Below, in pieces: positions 33,847 through 45,500 of a stretch of DNA of 64,000 nt. Within the stretch, counting starts at the first letter, position 1. The number at the start of each line of letters is the position of its first letter. A model generated the notes under the pieces. The model made no database searches, was not told the origin of the DNA, and worked only from the letters and a program-made list of their open reading frames with translations. This DNA comes from Caecitellus pseudoparvulus (taxonomy: Eukaryota > Protista > Bigyra: Bicosoecida). Where the stretch lies: assembly GCA_965644315.1 (NCBI GenBank), contig CBFFRQ010000018.1:372001-436000 (forward strand), read 5' to 3'. The translations under genes were made by a program, and so were the position numbers.

Positions 33847-36119
33847 ATGGCAGCCGCTTCCCATGAAGGTACGATTCGTGCGCAGCGCAGCCTGCGTGTG
33901 GGCTTGGATACAGCACCTCCTGCTACTACTCTCTCTTCCCAGTCCTTATCACTCGCAAGGGCTTTGAACCTCTGCAGGTCACGTCTGCAATGCCTGGCGA
34001 TGTCGTGGCGTTTCGCGTCGAGGCTGGCGTGCCTGCCCGGGTGTCTCTGTGTGCTGCCAAGGGAGACATCGCCCGGAGCGGAGTCAGCAGCTCAATGCTG
34101 TGCACGGGAGAGGTTTGGGAATGGACTATCCCACCAACCGCTCGTGATTGCGCCGTTGAGTACTGGAATGCTGCCAACAAGGGATTCCAGCCTGGTGTGA
34201 TTCACGTCCCAGGGAGGTCAGCCGCGGGAGGTCACTCTTCAAACGCCCGCAGCCAGCTGCCAAGCCTCCCCAGCTCTCTCCAGCAGCTTGCGTCACCACT
34301 TCCTCGTGCTGCCCGAGGCTCCACTCCTCCGAGCACCGCACCAGCTCTCTCCGTGCACACGATGGCAACGCCACCACGGAGGAGACAGGGCAAGGGACCG
34401 CGAGGCCCCCCCTCCTCAGCGGTGCACAGTTCCCCAAAGTTTGCGCGGGCCATCGCAGCAGCAGCACAGCAAGCTAGTGACCTTGCGGTGCCATTGCAAT
34501 CCGCGCTGGGCGACTGTGCGCTGCCGCCCCAGGTGCCTCGCAAATTGCCCGCTGGCTTCCATGAAGCGCCACCAGCAAAGCCGGGCAAGGCGCTACATTC
34601 AGCTCTGCAGCGAGTCGGCCTCCACATGTGTGATTCCGATGGCTATGCCAGCGATGGGGCAGGCAGCCTCGTCTCATCCTTGTCTCTAACTTCAGCCTTG
34701 TCGCTGGCTGATGTGGACGACGGCCCCTTTCCCTGCCCTTCACAGCCAGCTGCTCGGCCAACGCTGAGGTCGCTGTACAAGTCCCAGTCCCACATGCGTG
34801 TCCGCTCCTTGGCCAACACGGACTCGGGCAAGGAGCGGAAAGAGGCAGGAAGCCCTTCCAGGAGCGTACAGTTCACCCCGCCTCGCCGCTCTCCGCACCC
34901 CGACGAAGCCTCGGGAAGCGACGGCGACGCCTATGAAGTGCTGCACGCAGAAGACATCTTCCAGCCGCATGAGTTACTACGGGTATCCACCCCGCCAAAG
35001 GCAGTGTCCGCAGCGCCTGCGCCTCCTGCGAATAGCACCACACCTCACCCTGAAGTCGACTGCTCAGACATTCGCTCAGCGGTGCAATCGGGGCAGTGGG
35101 AGCGCATCCCAGCACTCATTTTAGGCATTTCCCCGCCCACACCAGCTCCCAGCGTCAGGGCGCCGCGCTGCGCGGAGGTGGTGGTACTGCCTGCTGCCAG
35201 GCGGCACGCTGAACGGAGAGGGGTGTTTCAACCCCAGCATGTGCATGTTCAAGCGGGTGGAATGGTCAAGTGGACCCTCCGCTGCTCAGAGGCGCCCCCT
35301 CCCGTAGTCATCGTGCAATTCCAGCCTTCTGCTGCTCAGAAGGCGGCGCTGCACGACGCCAAGCAAGCGTGCGAGGCCAGCGGGGTGACCGCCACGTCCC
35401 CGACATGGTGGGCCATCGAAGCAGCAATCGACCGCGCCTTTGTGCTGCCTGTTGCCCCCATGGGTGGAAATCGGAAGTCGTCGTGCCATGTGCGCATCCC
35501 ACCCACCTTGCCTCCCGGGCAGTACATGTACGCCGATGAAGCGCGAGGCGGGGGGGCAAGCAGCTGTGGATGGCTGCATGTTGTTGCAGGAGAGGTTGAG
35601 GAAAGCACCGGGCAGGCTGGCTCGCGTGCACCTGTCGGCACCAGCTCAGCTTCCAGTGTGGAGCCAGTGCAACTGGAGCCACCCTTAACTTCAAGCGAAG
35701 TTGGGCGGACAGAGCCCTCTGAGCTTCGCCCCGGGCAGCCGCGGAACCCGACTCACACTCGCGCATCGTCCCCCGTGGCACCACTTGCTGGGAAGACCGA
35801 CGCCGCAGCTGGGCAAGAGGGGAAACGACACGCGCCGTCGAAGAAGTCTTCCCAGAGAAAGCGGACCCGGCGGGGGCGGAGGCGCAAGCGAAGTGCGAGC
35901 ACTGTGCGTGTGGAGCGGCCAAGCCAGCCTGCATGGTTGGCGAAGGCAGTTTCTGAGGCCAAGTCCGCGGGCATCACGGATCATTGCCATGCACGGCCTG
36001 TATCCAGCAGCTTTGTGAAGGCTGCTGAAATGCTCGGTGAGCGTACACGGAGCGTGGAGCGCTCTGTGCGCGGGGAAAGCAGCGAGCCAGTGCAATTCTA
36101 CACCACACAGTGTGGTTGA
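33847..36119 (+). CDS. Hypothetical protein with two cupredoxin-like segments and a basic NLS-like tract; intron 33869-33942
   Basis: Spliced N-terminus HEVLITRKGFEPLQV...PGDVVAF and internal FQPQHVHVQAGGMVKW...PGQYMY...GWLHV match the cupredoxin strand pattern. Confidence 0.5.
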
Positions 36120-36205
36120 GGAGTCGAGCCAACAATGCAACGAGTGGATGTGTGTGTGCATTGGAGAATGGCTCCGAGAGAAGTCATCCCCCGACAGCAA
36201 GTCGC

Positions 36206-36985
36206 TTAGTACATGCGCTTCTTGGCCTCCTCCAGAGCCAGGGCCTTGGCGCGCTTGTCCAGCTTGACCTGGGTCTTCATGCCCATGATGCCGCCACCGC
36301 GCTTGCGGATGTCCAGGTTGTTGTTGAAGCGGGCCTTGGCGGTCTCAGTGAGCTTGCCAAGAGCACCCTGGTCGCCGCCCTCCACGTCGGTGATGGCCAC
36401 GACGGCAGTCTTCTTCATGTTGACGAGGGCTCCCAGGCGGCCCTTGTTGTTCACGATGACGTAGGGGATGTCCATGGTGCGGCACAGCATGGGGAGCCAG
36501 ACGACGATCTCAATGGGCTCCACATCAGCAGCGATGGCGACCAGCTTGGCCTTCTTCTGCTCAACCAGGGTGGTGACATGGTTGATGCCGAACTTCAGCA
36601 CGGTGGGCTTGTCGCCAGCGGCGCCAGTGCCGCCAGAAGCACGGGCAGCAGCCTGGGCCTCCAGGCGCTCAGCCTTTGCCTCCTTGGTCTCGGGGGTGTA
36701 CTTGGCGAACAGCTTGAAGAAGGGCACGGCCTCGGCGCGGTCCAGAGGGTGGCGGAACTCGTTCAGGGTGCCGGGCACCTTCAGGCGGTTCAGCAGCACC
36801 TTCTTCTGACGCTGGACACGCACGTAGCGGGGCCACTTGACAAAGCGCCCGACATCGCGAGAGGGCTGCACAGTGCCGCCGATGCGCAGGTTCTTGGGGT
36901 TGGAGGGGTGCAGGGGGTTGCCGGAGCCAGCGGGGGCAGCCGCCTTCTTGCTCTTGGACACCGCCTTGAGGCCGCGCTTAGGCAT
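36206..36985 (-). CDS. RPL7A: 60S ribosomal protein L7a (eL8)
   Basis: RFVKWPRYVRVQRQKKVL..RLKVP, LKFGINHVTTLVEQKKAKLV.IA.DV.PIE.VVWLP.LCR. Confidence 0.98.
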   Translation of the reverse strand: MPKRGLKAVSKSKKAAAPAGSGNPLHPSNPKNLRIGGTVQPSRDVGRFVKWPRYVRVQRQKKVLLNRLKVPGTLNEFRHPLDRAEAVPFFKLFAKYTPETKEAKAERLEAQAAARASGGTGAAGDKPTVLKFGINHVTTLVEQKKAKLVAIAADVEPIEIVVWLPMLCRTMDIPYVIVNNKGRLGALVNMKKTAVVAITDVEGGDQGALGKLTETAKARFNNNLDIRKRGGGIMGMKTQVKLDKRAKALALEEAKKRMY

Positions 36986-36990
36986 GGTGG

Positions 36991-37284
36991 CTGTGAACAA
37001 GGAAGTAAAGAGAGTAACATGATATTCTGCTGCTATTAGCGAGGCACAACGGGCAGGGATGGGTATGCCAAGAAGGGCAGCTGGCGAGGGGAGTTCCTAA
37101 TTCCGCAACACACTTCCAGCTGCCCTTCTGCCTCGCAGGTAGGCACCCGGCACCAGAGCCGGCTGCCACACGCATGAAAGGGCACAACTATTCAACCTGC
37201 CAGGGCAGCCTGCTTCAGCATGCTGCTGGTCGGTGAGGTGCAGCACTCCCTGGCCCCCATCCACGCTGCAGGAAACACACGCAC
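36991..37284 (-). other. Probable 5'-UTR intron of RPL7A (294 nt) with a strong stem-loop
   Basis: CAG|GTGCGT donor, long pyrimidine tract and CACAG acceptor 5 nt before the ATG. Perfect 14-bp inverted repeat at 37071-37084/37116-37129. Confidence 0.7.
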
Positions 37285-37649
37285 CTGACTGAGAGTCTGC
37301 TAATTCACCACAACGGAGCTGGCTGCGTTGAAAAACACAGGCAACACAGGTGGAAGCGATTGGGAAGGTCTCTGACACACACTTGAAAGTGCCTGACAGC
37401 TGGAGGCCCACGAAAGCTGCCAACCCGTCCTAGGGACCCATATTCGAGGTACGCGAATGATACGTTTGTTAATGTTTGGCGCGGCTGACGACGCCTTAGC
37501 GTCTGAGCGTTCACCTTGACGGCAATGAGCAGTTCCAGTGAACAAAAATGAATCCTAGCGTTGAAATAATCCACACCAACACCCAGAATAGCCTCTGAGC
37601 GCGCCAAGCGCTTTGTTGCCAGCTTGAGTTCTAACCGATTTCCGCAGTG

Positions 37650-38175
37650 ATGGCTGGCAGGGCTGCTCTTCCTCCGGGCGCCGCTAAGGCCGTCCCACAA
37701 GATGAGGCCTCGCCCAAATCCTTGTGGCAGACAATCACAGACACCACTACGGAAGGATACTCGACGTATGTTGCTCCGGTGAGTGCCCTTGCTACCCCCC
37801 GAGCTCGTGTTACTCCTGCTGTCACTGCGCACTCCGGGGCTTACGCACAGGCTTTCTCGTGGGCAACAGACAAGGGTAGCGAGTTGATTTGGTTCGGTGC
37901 CACTGTCAGCATTGTCTTTGGTCTGCCGGTGCTGCTTGAGGTGCGCTTCCCGTGACCCGTAGCAAGCCCGTTCGCTGGCTCGGCGCCACCTTTGTTCCTA
38001 GTCCCTGTCCACTGTGCAGCTCCAACGCGAAGCCATGTTCCAGATGGAGAAGGACCAACTGCAAGAGCAGCAGGAGATGATGCAAAAGTCTGTCCAAGAG
38101 CAGCTGCAGAAGGGCATGATGGGTGGCCTGCTCGGGGGCGGAGGCAGCGGCGAGGGTGATAAGGCGCAGCAGTGA
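37650..38175 (+). CDS. Mitochondrial import receptor subunit Tom22-like; introns 37779-37850, 37941-38019
   Basis: Single TM with the W...T......P..LE.QRE pattern (IWFGATVSIVFGLPVLLELQRE) and a Gln-rich C-tail after splicing. Confidence 0.7.
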
Positions 38176-38220
38176 GCGCCCGTGCGACTCTCCAAGTGGT
38201 GTGCACGACGCTGCTGTATT

Positions 38221-38907
38221 CTACTTTTTCGTTGCTTTCAGTTGGGGCCACCCAAACGCGTCTTTCTTGACGAGGGTCAAGGTAATGCGTTTACTGTTTG
38301 CCCGGACTTTCACCGCTGTGATTGGATCATACAGGGGCTCCAGCAGTAGCTTGTGCACAGCTGGCAACGCGGCAGCGCCTGTGGCCCCTTCCTGGGGCTC
38401 CACAGTCACTGTCAACAGCGCGGCCTTGTCTGCTTCTAGAGTGGCAGCGATGGCGCCCTCCGCCAAAGCATCAGCCCCAGGCCAGTCAATGTACACCTTG
38501 ACGTTCTTGTTACTGTCCGACCACCCGTACTTCTCTATCCTGACCCGCTTCACTCGCTCCTCTTCTGCAGGCTGCTCATGACCCTCAATCTTTGGAGGCT
38601 GCGAAGCGCGTCAACTCGCATCAGGCACGAGCGTGGGGCAGCTTCACGGCGCAGGCACACACTGGTCCACCGAAAGTCCGCCCCATTCGCTTGGATCCCG
38701 GAAGGTTGCTTGCATGTGCGTAGTAGTACGCGTTGGTGCCTGAATACCGTGCCAGGCACAGAAGGTTTAGCTGGCCGAGCGAAGCCAGCAGCGCACAGCA
38801 GGGCTGCTTCGCGTGATCCGCAGTCACTCACCCTTCCTGGCGATATTGTCGGCCAAGGCACTCGTTGAAGCGGCCTCTGTTGCGCCAGCTGTTGCCTCTG
38901 CTGCCAT
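38221..38907 (-). CDS. CS (p23/CacyBP/SGT1-like) domain protein; first intron 38740-38831
   Basis: IEKYGWSDSNKNVKVYI...LYDPI...RITLTLVKK...WPQL, with N-terminal KGTNAYYYAH after splicing. Confidence 0.78.
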
Positions 38908-39251
38908 CTTCTACAGCCGTCCAGTGGTGCGGAAATCGACTGTCCAGGCAGGGAAAGGTGGCCCTGCTACAGGCCCGCACGCTAACAGGATAGGTGTTTG
39001 TCCTAACAATCAACGGGAGAAAACTACGCACTTGACATTGCGACCACAGGTTGTTGATTTGAATCGCGGACATCCTTGCTCCCACGTCTAGCTTGCTTGC
39101 CTGCACCGCAGAGCCGACAGTGTTCCACATTTAAACCAACAATCCTATACGCTATTGCTGTTTGTGTCGCTTCACCCAGTGCTGCCTGCACGCTTGTTGC
39201 CAGCGCACTGCCAGCCGTGCACGGTGTCTCCAGCTCTGGTCCAGCGGAAGT

Positions 39252-41877
39252 ATGGCAGGTCAACAAGCCTCCAGCGGGGCAGGCACAGCGGTCATTGCTA
39301 CAGCTGTTGGCTTGTCCTTCGCAGCAGGTGCTACTCTTCAAGCTGCTAACTTGCTCCCTTTCTCTATCTTCTTCGAAGGCGCTCAGCTAGACGTGCGTTG
39401 GCATGGTTGGCTGCCTTCAATCTCCGCAGCACTGCACCCGTGCTATTCTTGTGCCCTTGCAGTCACTACCCGACGCTGTGGAGGATGCCGGACGATCCGA
39501 GCAACCCAAACCTTCTGAGGGTGGTATTTCTGACAAAGGTCAGGCCGCGAATGCTGACGTGGACCTTGTCGGGAGTTTGCAGGAGTCCTTGCGAGAGTGC
39601 AAGGAGAAACTTCGGACTACCTCCGACAAATTGTTGGCTACCAGGGAAGAGGCAAAGGGACTGCGATCAGAACTGGCACATGCCAAGTCTCAATCTGTTG
39701 CGACGCGTGAGCGAACCAGGCAATCTGAAGCCATGCATTCTGACCAAGGTGCTGGGGCAAGTGGTCGCGCTGTGCAAGAAGCTCGAAGCGCTGCAGCTGC
39801 AGCTCTCAAGCGGGCAGCTCAAGCCGAGGCAGCACTAGCTGGTGAGCAGGAGCGGGCAGCTCAAGCCGAGGCAGCACTGGCTGGTGAGCAGGAGCGGGCA
39901 TCCCGAGCCGAGGCAGCACTGGCTGGTGAGCAGGAGCGGGCATCCCGAGCCGAGGCAGCACTGGCTGGTGAGCAGGAGCGGGCATCCCGAGCCGAGGCAG
40001 CACTGGCTGGTGAGCAGGAGCGGGCATCCCGAGCCGAGGCAGCACTGGCTGGTGAGCAGGAGCGGGCAGCTCAAGCCGAGGCAGCACTGGCTGGTGAGCA
40101 GGAGCGGGCAGCTCAAGCCGAGGCAGCACTGGCTGGTGAGCAGGAGCGGGCATCCCGAGCCGAGGCAGCACTGGCTGGTGAGCAGGAGCGGGCATCCCGA
40201 GCCGAGGCAGCACTGGCTGGTGAGCAGGAGCGGGCATCCCGAGCCGAGGCAGCACTGGCTGGTGAGCAGGAGCGGGCATCCCGAGCCGAGGCAGCACTAG
40301 CTGGTGAGCAGGAGCGGGCATCCCGAGCCGAGGCAGCACTGGCTGGTGAGCAGGAGCGGGCATCCCGAGCCGAGGCAGCACTGGCTGGTGAGCAGGAGCG
40401 GGCATCCCGAGCCGAGGCAGCATTGGCTGGAAGCAGGGCAGGTGGGACAGAAGTCCCACCGAAGGAAGGCCGGGAAGCTGAACTTGAGCAGCAACTTAGG
40501 GCTTCACAGAGGGCTTATGCAGAGTTGGAGGCCATGTGCAAGCAGGATGCCGAGACTATCCAAAAAGGAAGCGCAGAGCTTGCGCGACTCCAGCAGGTAT
40601 TGGAGGCTTCCACTGGGAGTGCTGCAGCGGCCCCCCAAGAAGTCCGATCGGATGCTGACGCTGGCCGCATCAAGGCTGAGAAGAAGCTGGCAAAGTTGGT
40701 GAAGGCCCACGAGACACTGCTCGCGCTGGCAAGCGAAGCCGGGGTGGACCTCCCGGATGAGATTGCCTTCCCTACCAAGGCAGCTGCAGACGCGGCTGGG
40801 GGCATCACATCCGGACAGGTGCAGGCAGTGCCAGCGCCAGGGCAGCTGTTCGCCTCCCCTGCCTTGCCATCTGTCTTGCGGGTCGCGGCTGTGGCACAGT
40901 CACCATTCCCTAAGCGCCATGGGGTGCCTCGCCAAGGCTCCCTTGCACCGCACGTGCGCACTCGCATCGTATTGCACCCGGACTTCAAGGCCGGAGCGGT
41001 CTCCCACTTGCACATGTATAGCCACATATGGGTCCTCTTTCAGTTCCACAAGAACACCACGTCTGTCAAAGAAGCAGAGCCGCTGTTGCCTCACGCCATT
41101 AGCGAGGCTGCAGAGTCGCCTGGCGCTCCCCGAAGGAACCCGCCCAAGGCTACCCAGTTCCCCGCCAACCAAAGCATCTCAGTCCCAGGGCTGCAAGGCA
41201 AGAAGACGGGTGTGTTCTCGTGCCGCAGCCCTCACCATCCCAACAACATTGGCTTGAGCCTGGTGCAGATTGACAGGGTGGCAACAAAGCAGGTGTACGC
41301 ACCCTGGTACAATGCTAGCAGAAAGAATGGCTTGGTTCAGTGCGTAGTCTTGGACGTCTCCGGCGCCGACTTTGTCGATGGCACCCCCATCTATGACATC
41401 AAGCCGTATGTCTACTTGTCTGACGCTCCGCACTTCGACTTGACCGAGTGTGGGCCTCCCAGCTCAGCGCCGACCAGCCCAGCGCCTGGGCCAAGCTCAC
41501 CCCAACAAAAACGGCGCCCAGCTGATTCATGGGTGGTGGAAGGCACTTCTCACTCCCGGGCTCCCGGCTGGCTGGTGCAGGCGGAGGGGAAGCGGCTGCC
41601 GGTCACCTTCGGCGGTGATGCCGCTGCGGTTTTGGCCTCGCACTGTGACCACAACCCCGCGTCACTGTACTCCGGCGAACCTGATGTCCTCAAGGCGGCT
41701 TTGGAAGAAATTTTGTCGCTTGATATCCGCGCTGTCCATCAAGGACGCCTGAGTGGCTCCACAGCGGACAGCTCCCCTCCGCAGGAACTCCTGTTTGACG
41801 GCTTGCGGCTGTTATTCACGGTTATCGAATCAGATGGCGGCCTAGCGGTGAAGGTAGATTCCATCTCAAAGGCATAG
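39252..41877 (+). CDS. tRNA m6t6A37 methyltransferase TrmO/TsaA-like with N-terminal hydrophobic segment and repeat coiled coil; intron 39393-39462
   Basis: QSPFPKRHGVPRQGSLAP, YSHIWVLFQFHKN, GVFSCRSPHHPNNIGLSLV, DFVDGTPIYDIKPY. Confidence 0.88.
39811..40431 (+). repeat. Coding tandem repeat, 42-bp unit x about 14.8 (RA[AQ/SR]AEAALAGEQE)
   Basis: Units start at 39811, 39853 ... 40399. Two variants in the order A2-B4-A2-B7. Confidence 0.97.
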
Positions 41878-42549
41878 CGTGGCCGCTGCCCAGCCACGTG
41901 GGTGGGCAAGGTAGCGCCAAGGGTGCCCAGCTTCAGTTTCTGTGGAGCAACTGCCGGCCAGTCATTGCCTCAACTTCGTTCGCGTGCGTGTGGTCACTTC
42001 CACGTGCCTCTTTTGGTGGGTGTGGACATGTTTGGAACCCTTTGCAACAGCCAAACACCCAGTGTCAGTTGTGCTGCCGACGTTCCTCGTTGGGCCCCTA
42101 AGTCCCGCTGTGGAAAACCTGAGGGACTCGCTTCATTTTGCAGGGTGAAACTCCCCCACCCCCCCCCACCTATGCACTGACGAAGAGCGCCCCGCAGCTC
42201 CATGCTTGAATTCATTGACGTGGCTTGCATTCAAAATTCTTCACCTGAACACCCCACCTTTGCCGGAGCCCGTGCTGCGGCAGACTCAGCTCGAGGTGTT
42301 TTTCGAGCTGTTGGCGTTCAAGTGGTTCTCGCTGGAGCTGCAGTGTGGGACGTACGTAGCACAGCCTCGCTCTCCTCAGCGGGGCAAGCTCCCGCGGTGC
42401 CAGCATGACCAGGCTCCACAATTAAGCCTGCACACACATCCCCTCTGCTTGCAGGGCCCGCCTTGCTCTCCGTCTCGAGAGGTTGGAGCTGATTCGGCAC
42501 CGTTGCCTTTCACTTCTTCCGCACCATCACTCCACCGTGCAAGGGCAAG

Positions 42550-45500
42550 ATGATTTACAGTCCAATGATGCAGAGGGTTGCATTCCTCGGCGTTTGGGTG
42601 CTTTTGACTTGCGCTGCATCTGGGGCATCAGGGACGGCCAGCATGGATGACTTGGAGGGGTTCGAGTGGCTGTCTTACACTTCCCCCCCGAGCGGAGTTT
42701 CCCTCGACATCGACCCCAACCCTGCTCTGGGCAGTACTCAACCATCCGCCATCGGCATCGAGCTAGACACGGTCAGCATCGCAACGCAAGGGCAGTATGT
42801 GCGCTGGGATACCGACCTCTCGTACTCTGGAACGCTTCCACCCGTGGGCGAAGAAGAGTACGCTGTTGCGTGGGGGCTTGGCGCCGAGGCAGACGTGGAT
42901 GCCCCGACCTTGTCCCGCTCACGTCTGGTCGGCAGCAACAGCACAACTTCCCGCCCCCCTAGCCACGCGACAAGTGGCGTGCTCACAGCATGCTCAACAG
43001 GCTCTGGTGCCTGTGATGATGCTATGAACTTGTATGTCGGCTGGAGCGTCACATGGGGACCAGCCCTGCCTGAGCCGCAGGCAGCGGTGGAGGTCTGGGC
43101 CTGGAGGCAGCACCGCTGGGAAGATGTGACAACCCTGGCTGCATGTACTGCAGTGGTAGTTGGGCATGTGTCCAATACGACGCTGCACGGTGTTCAGACA
43201 CCGTCCTCTGCACCGGAAGTGATGGGTGCCAGCGCTTCCGTCGTCACCCACTGCCGCATGGGCCCGCTCTTCGCAGGCACCAGGGACCTGGCCATGTCCA
43301 CAGGGGACATGGTTGTGCACATTGATGCCTTTGCAGTTGGAGTGCCTGCTGCCTCTTCTCGCAGCGTGGAGGCTTTGCCCACTGCTGCAGTCCTGAGCAT
43401 GCCTCAGCATGACTTGGTTTCCACGGCTGGACAGTTCGCAGACATCTCTACTGGGCGATCGCACACATGCGCCCTCTTGCTCACTGGGCAAGTGCGCTGC
43501 TGGGGCTTTGGCACACTTGGTCGCCTTGGGTTGGGCAACGAGGAGAATGTGGGGGACGACGAAGAGGCTAGCGCCGCGCCCTTCGTGCAGCTTCCTGGAG
43601 GATTGCGTGCTGTGTCCATCCACGCAGGCGTTGAGACCACGTGTGCTGTTCTGGAAGACGGCACCGCAAGCTGCTGGGGCTTGCAAGATGAGGGCCAGCT
43701 TGGCCTGGGCCTGGGGCCTACGCTGCTCAACATCGGAAACGACGAGTTCCCTTCCTCACAAGACCCCATCGCCCTGAATGGTAGTGTGGTAAGCATGGCA
43801 CCAGGCGATAAACACACGTGTGCTCTTCTTGTTGGTGGGGACGTCCAGTGCTGGGGTGCCGCGGACAAAGGCCAAACGGGATACGCTTCCGTGACCCAGA
43901 CAGGGCAGACAGAGACCCCCGCTGCCTCGGGGAACGGCTTCGTGGAATTGCCAAGCAAAGTCGTGCAGCTTGTAGCTGGAGATTGCCATACTTGTGTGTT
44001 GCTTGACACTGGTGCTGTGCACTGCTGGGGCTGTGCAGATGATGGTCAGCTTGGAAGGGGGGACACGGAGGACATCGGCGACGATGAGACGCCCAACGCA
44101 CTCCCCATAACCCTGCCCGAAGCCGACCCCGTCTCAATTGCTGCCCATTCGCTACACACGTGTGCCTCCTTTGCCTCTGGCAATGCGTATTGCTGGGGCT
44201 CCAACTCTGATGGCCAGCTGGGTCTGGGCTCTACAGATGACTACGGCGACGACTCAGGTGAGACTGTAGACAACTTGAGCCCCATTCCGCTCGCTGGACG
44301 CGTTGTGGATGTGTATGTAGGACGCTACTCATCTTGTGCGCGTTTGGAGTCGATGCGCATGCAGTGCTGGGGGCTGAATTTCGATGGGCAGCTGGGTCTT
44401 GGGCACAGCGAGTCTGTCGGTGACGACGAGACCCCAAACACCCTGCCGGGTGGAGTAAGCCCCCTGGCAGAGTACGCAGTGCTGGCTGCTGCCGGGGGTT
44501 GGCACGTTTGCGCCGTGGAACGGGAAGGCAAGTTGAGGTGCTGGGGCCGTGGTACGCTTGGTCGCTTGGGGTACGGCACCCTTGATTCTATCGGTAACGA
44601 TGAGACGTTTGTGCGGGCTGTGTCAGCTGAGCTGCCTGCGTCCGAGGCTCCACGGCAAGCGACCCCCCAATGCCTGCTCCAGAGCGACGAAACTGCCTCT
44701 TTCGTACTTTCCATCCATGCGGGATTGTCATCTACTTGCGTCCTACTTTCCGGCAACCGGCTTCGGTGCTGGGGCCTGGGGTCAGCTGGCCGGCTTGGAA
44801 TCGGTTCAGCCACAGATGTGGGGGCGAGCGGGAGCCCCTTTGTGGGCCCATATTCTGGCACTGAGGGGCGGACGATCCAGTCTGTTGACTCGTATTTTGG
44901 CACTTGTGCGGTGCTGGATGGTGAGGTCTTTTGTTGGGGTCGGGGCAACTTCGGTGGCAACGGGTACGGGAATCTGCAGGATGTTGGAGACGACGAGCCG
45001 ATCCTTTCCGTAGGCGCTGTCAGCTTGGCGAGCCCCGCAAAGACTGCTGTCAAGGTAAGTCGTGGAGATGGGCATTCCTGCGCTGTCTTCTCTGATAACA
45101 CGGCTCGTTGCTGGGGTCGAGGCTTGTCCGGTCGCCTTGGCACTGGTGCAACAGACAACGTAGGCGATGACGAGATTCCCTCTGACGTCCTCAGTGACAT
45201 AGGTGTCGGTGCCGGTGTTACCGATATTTCTGCCTTTACCAGCCACACCTGCGTTACAACGACTTCCAACACTGCACGCTGCTTCGGGTTCGGCAGCTTT
45301 GGCCGCCTTGGCTACGAAAACACAGACAATGTCGGAGACGGCGGGACGACCATTACCGGTGCTGGCGACATCGCCATCCAAGGTTCTGCCAGCGTCGCAG
45401 TGGTGAAGGCCGGGTTCCAGTTCTCATGTGCCCTTACCACTGGTGGCAGCGTTCAATGCTGGGGCCGAAACGAGTATGGGCAGCTGGGACTGAACTCAGG

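Noticed and set aside
37039-37210. H/ACA snoRNA in the RPL7A intron
   Set aside because: Two hairpins are present, but there is no H box between them and no properly placed ACA. Kept only as a generic structured element.
39811-40431. 42-bp repeat array as a CRISPR array
   Set aside because: Units are contiguous with no unique spacers, lie in frame in a CDS, and the context is eukaryotic with no cas genes.
41900-42549. Small gene or extra upstream exons before the giant receptor
   Set aside because: Short ORFs with one intron-like segment but no recognisable product. The receptor already has its own signal peptide.
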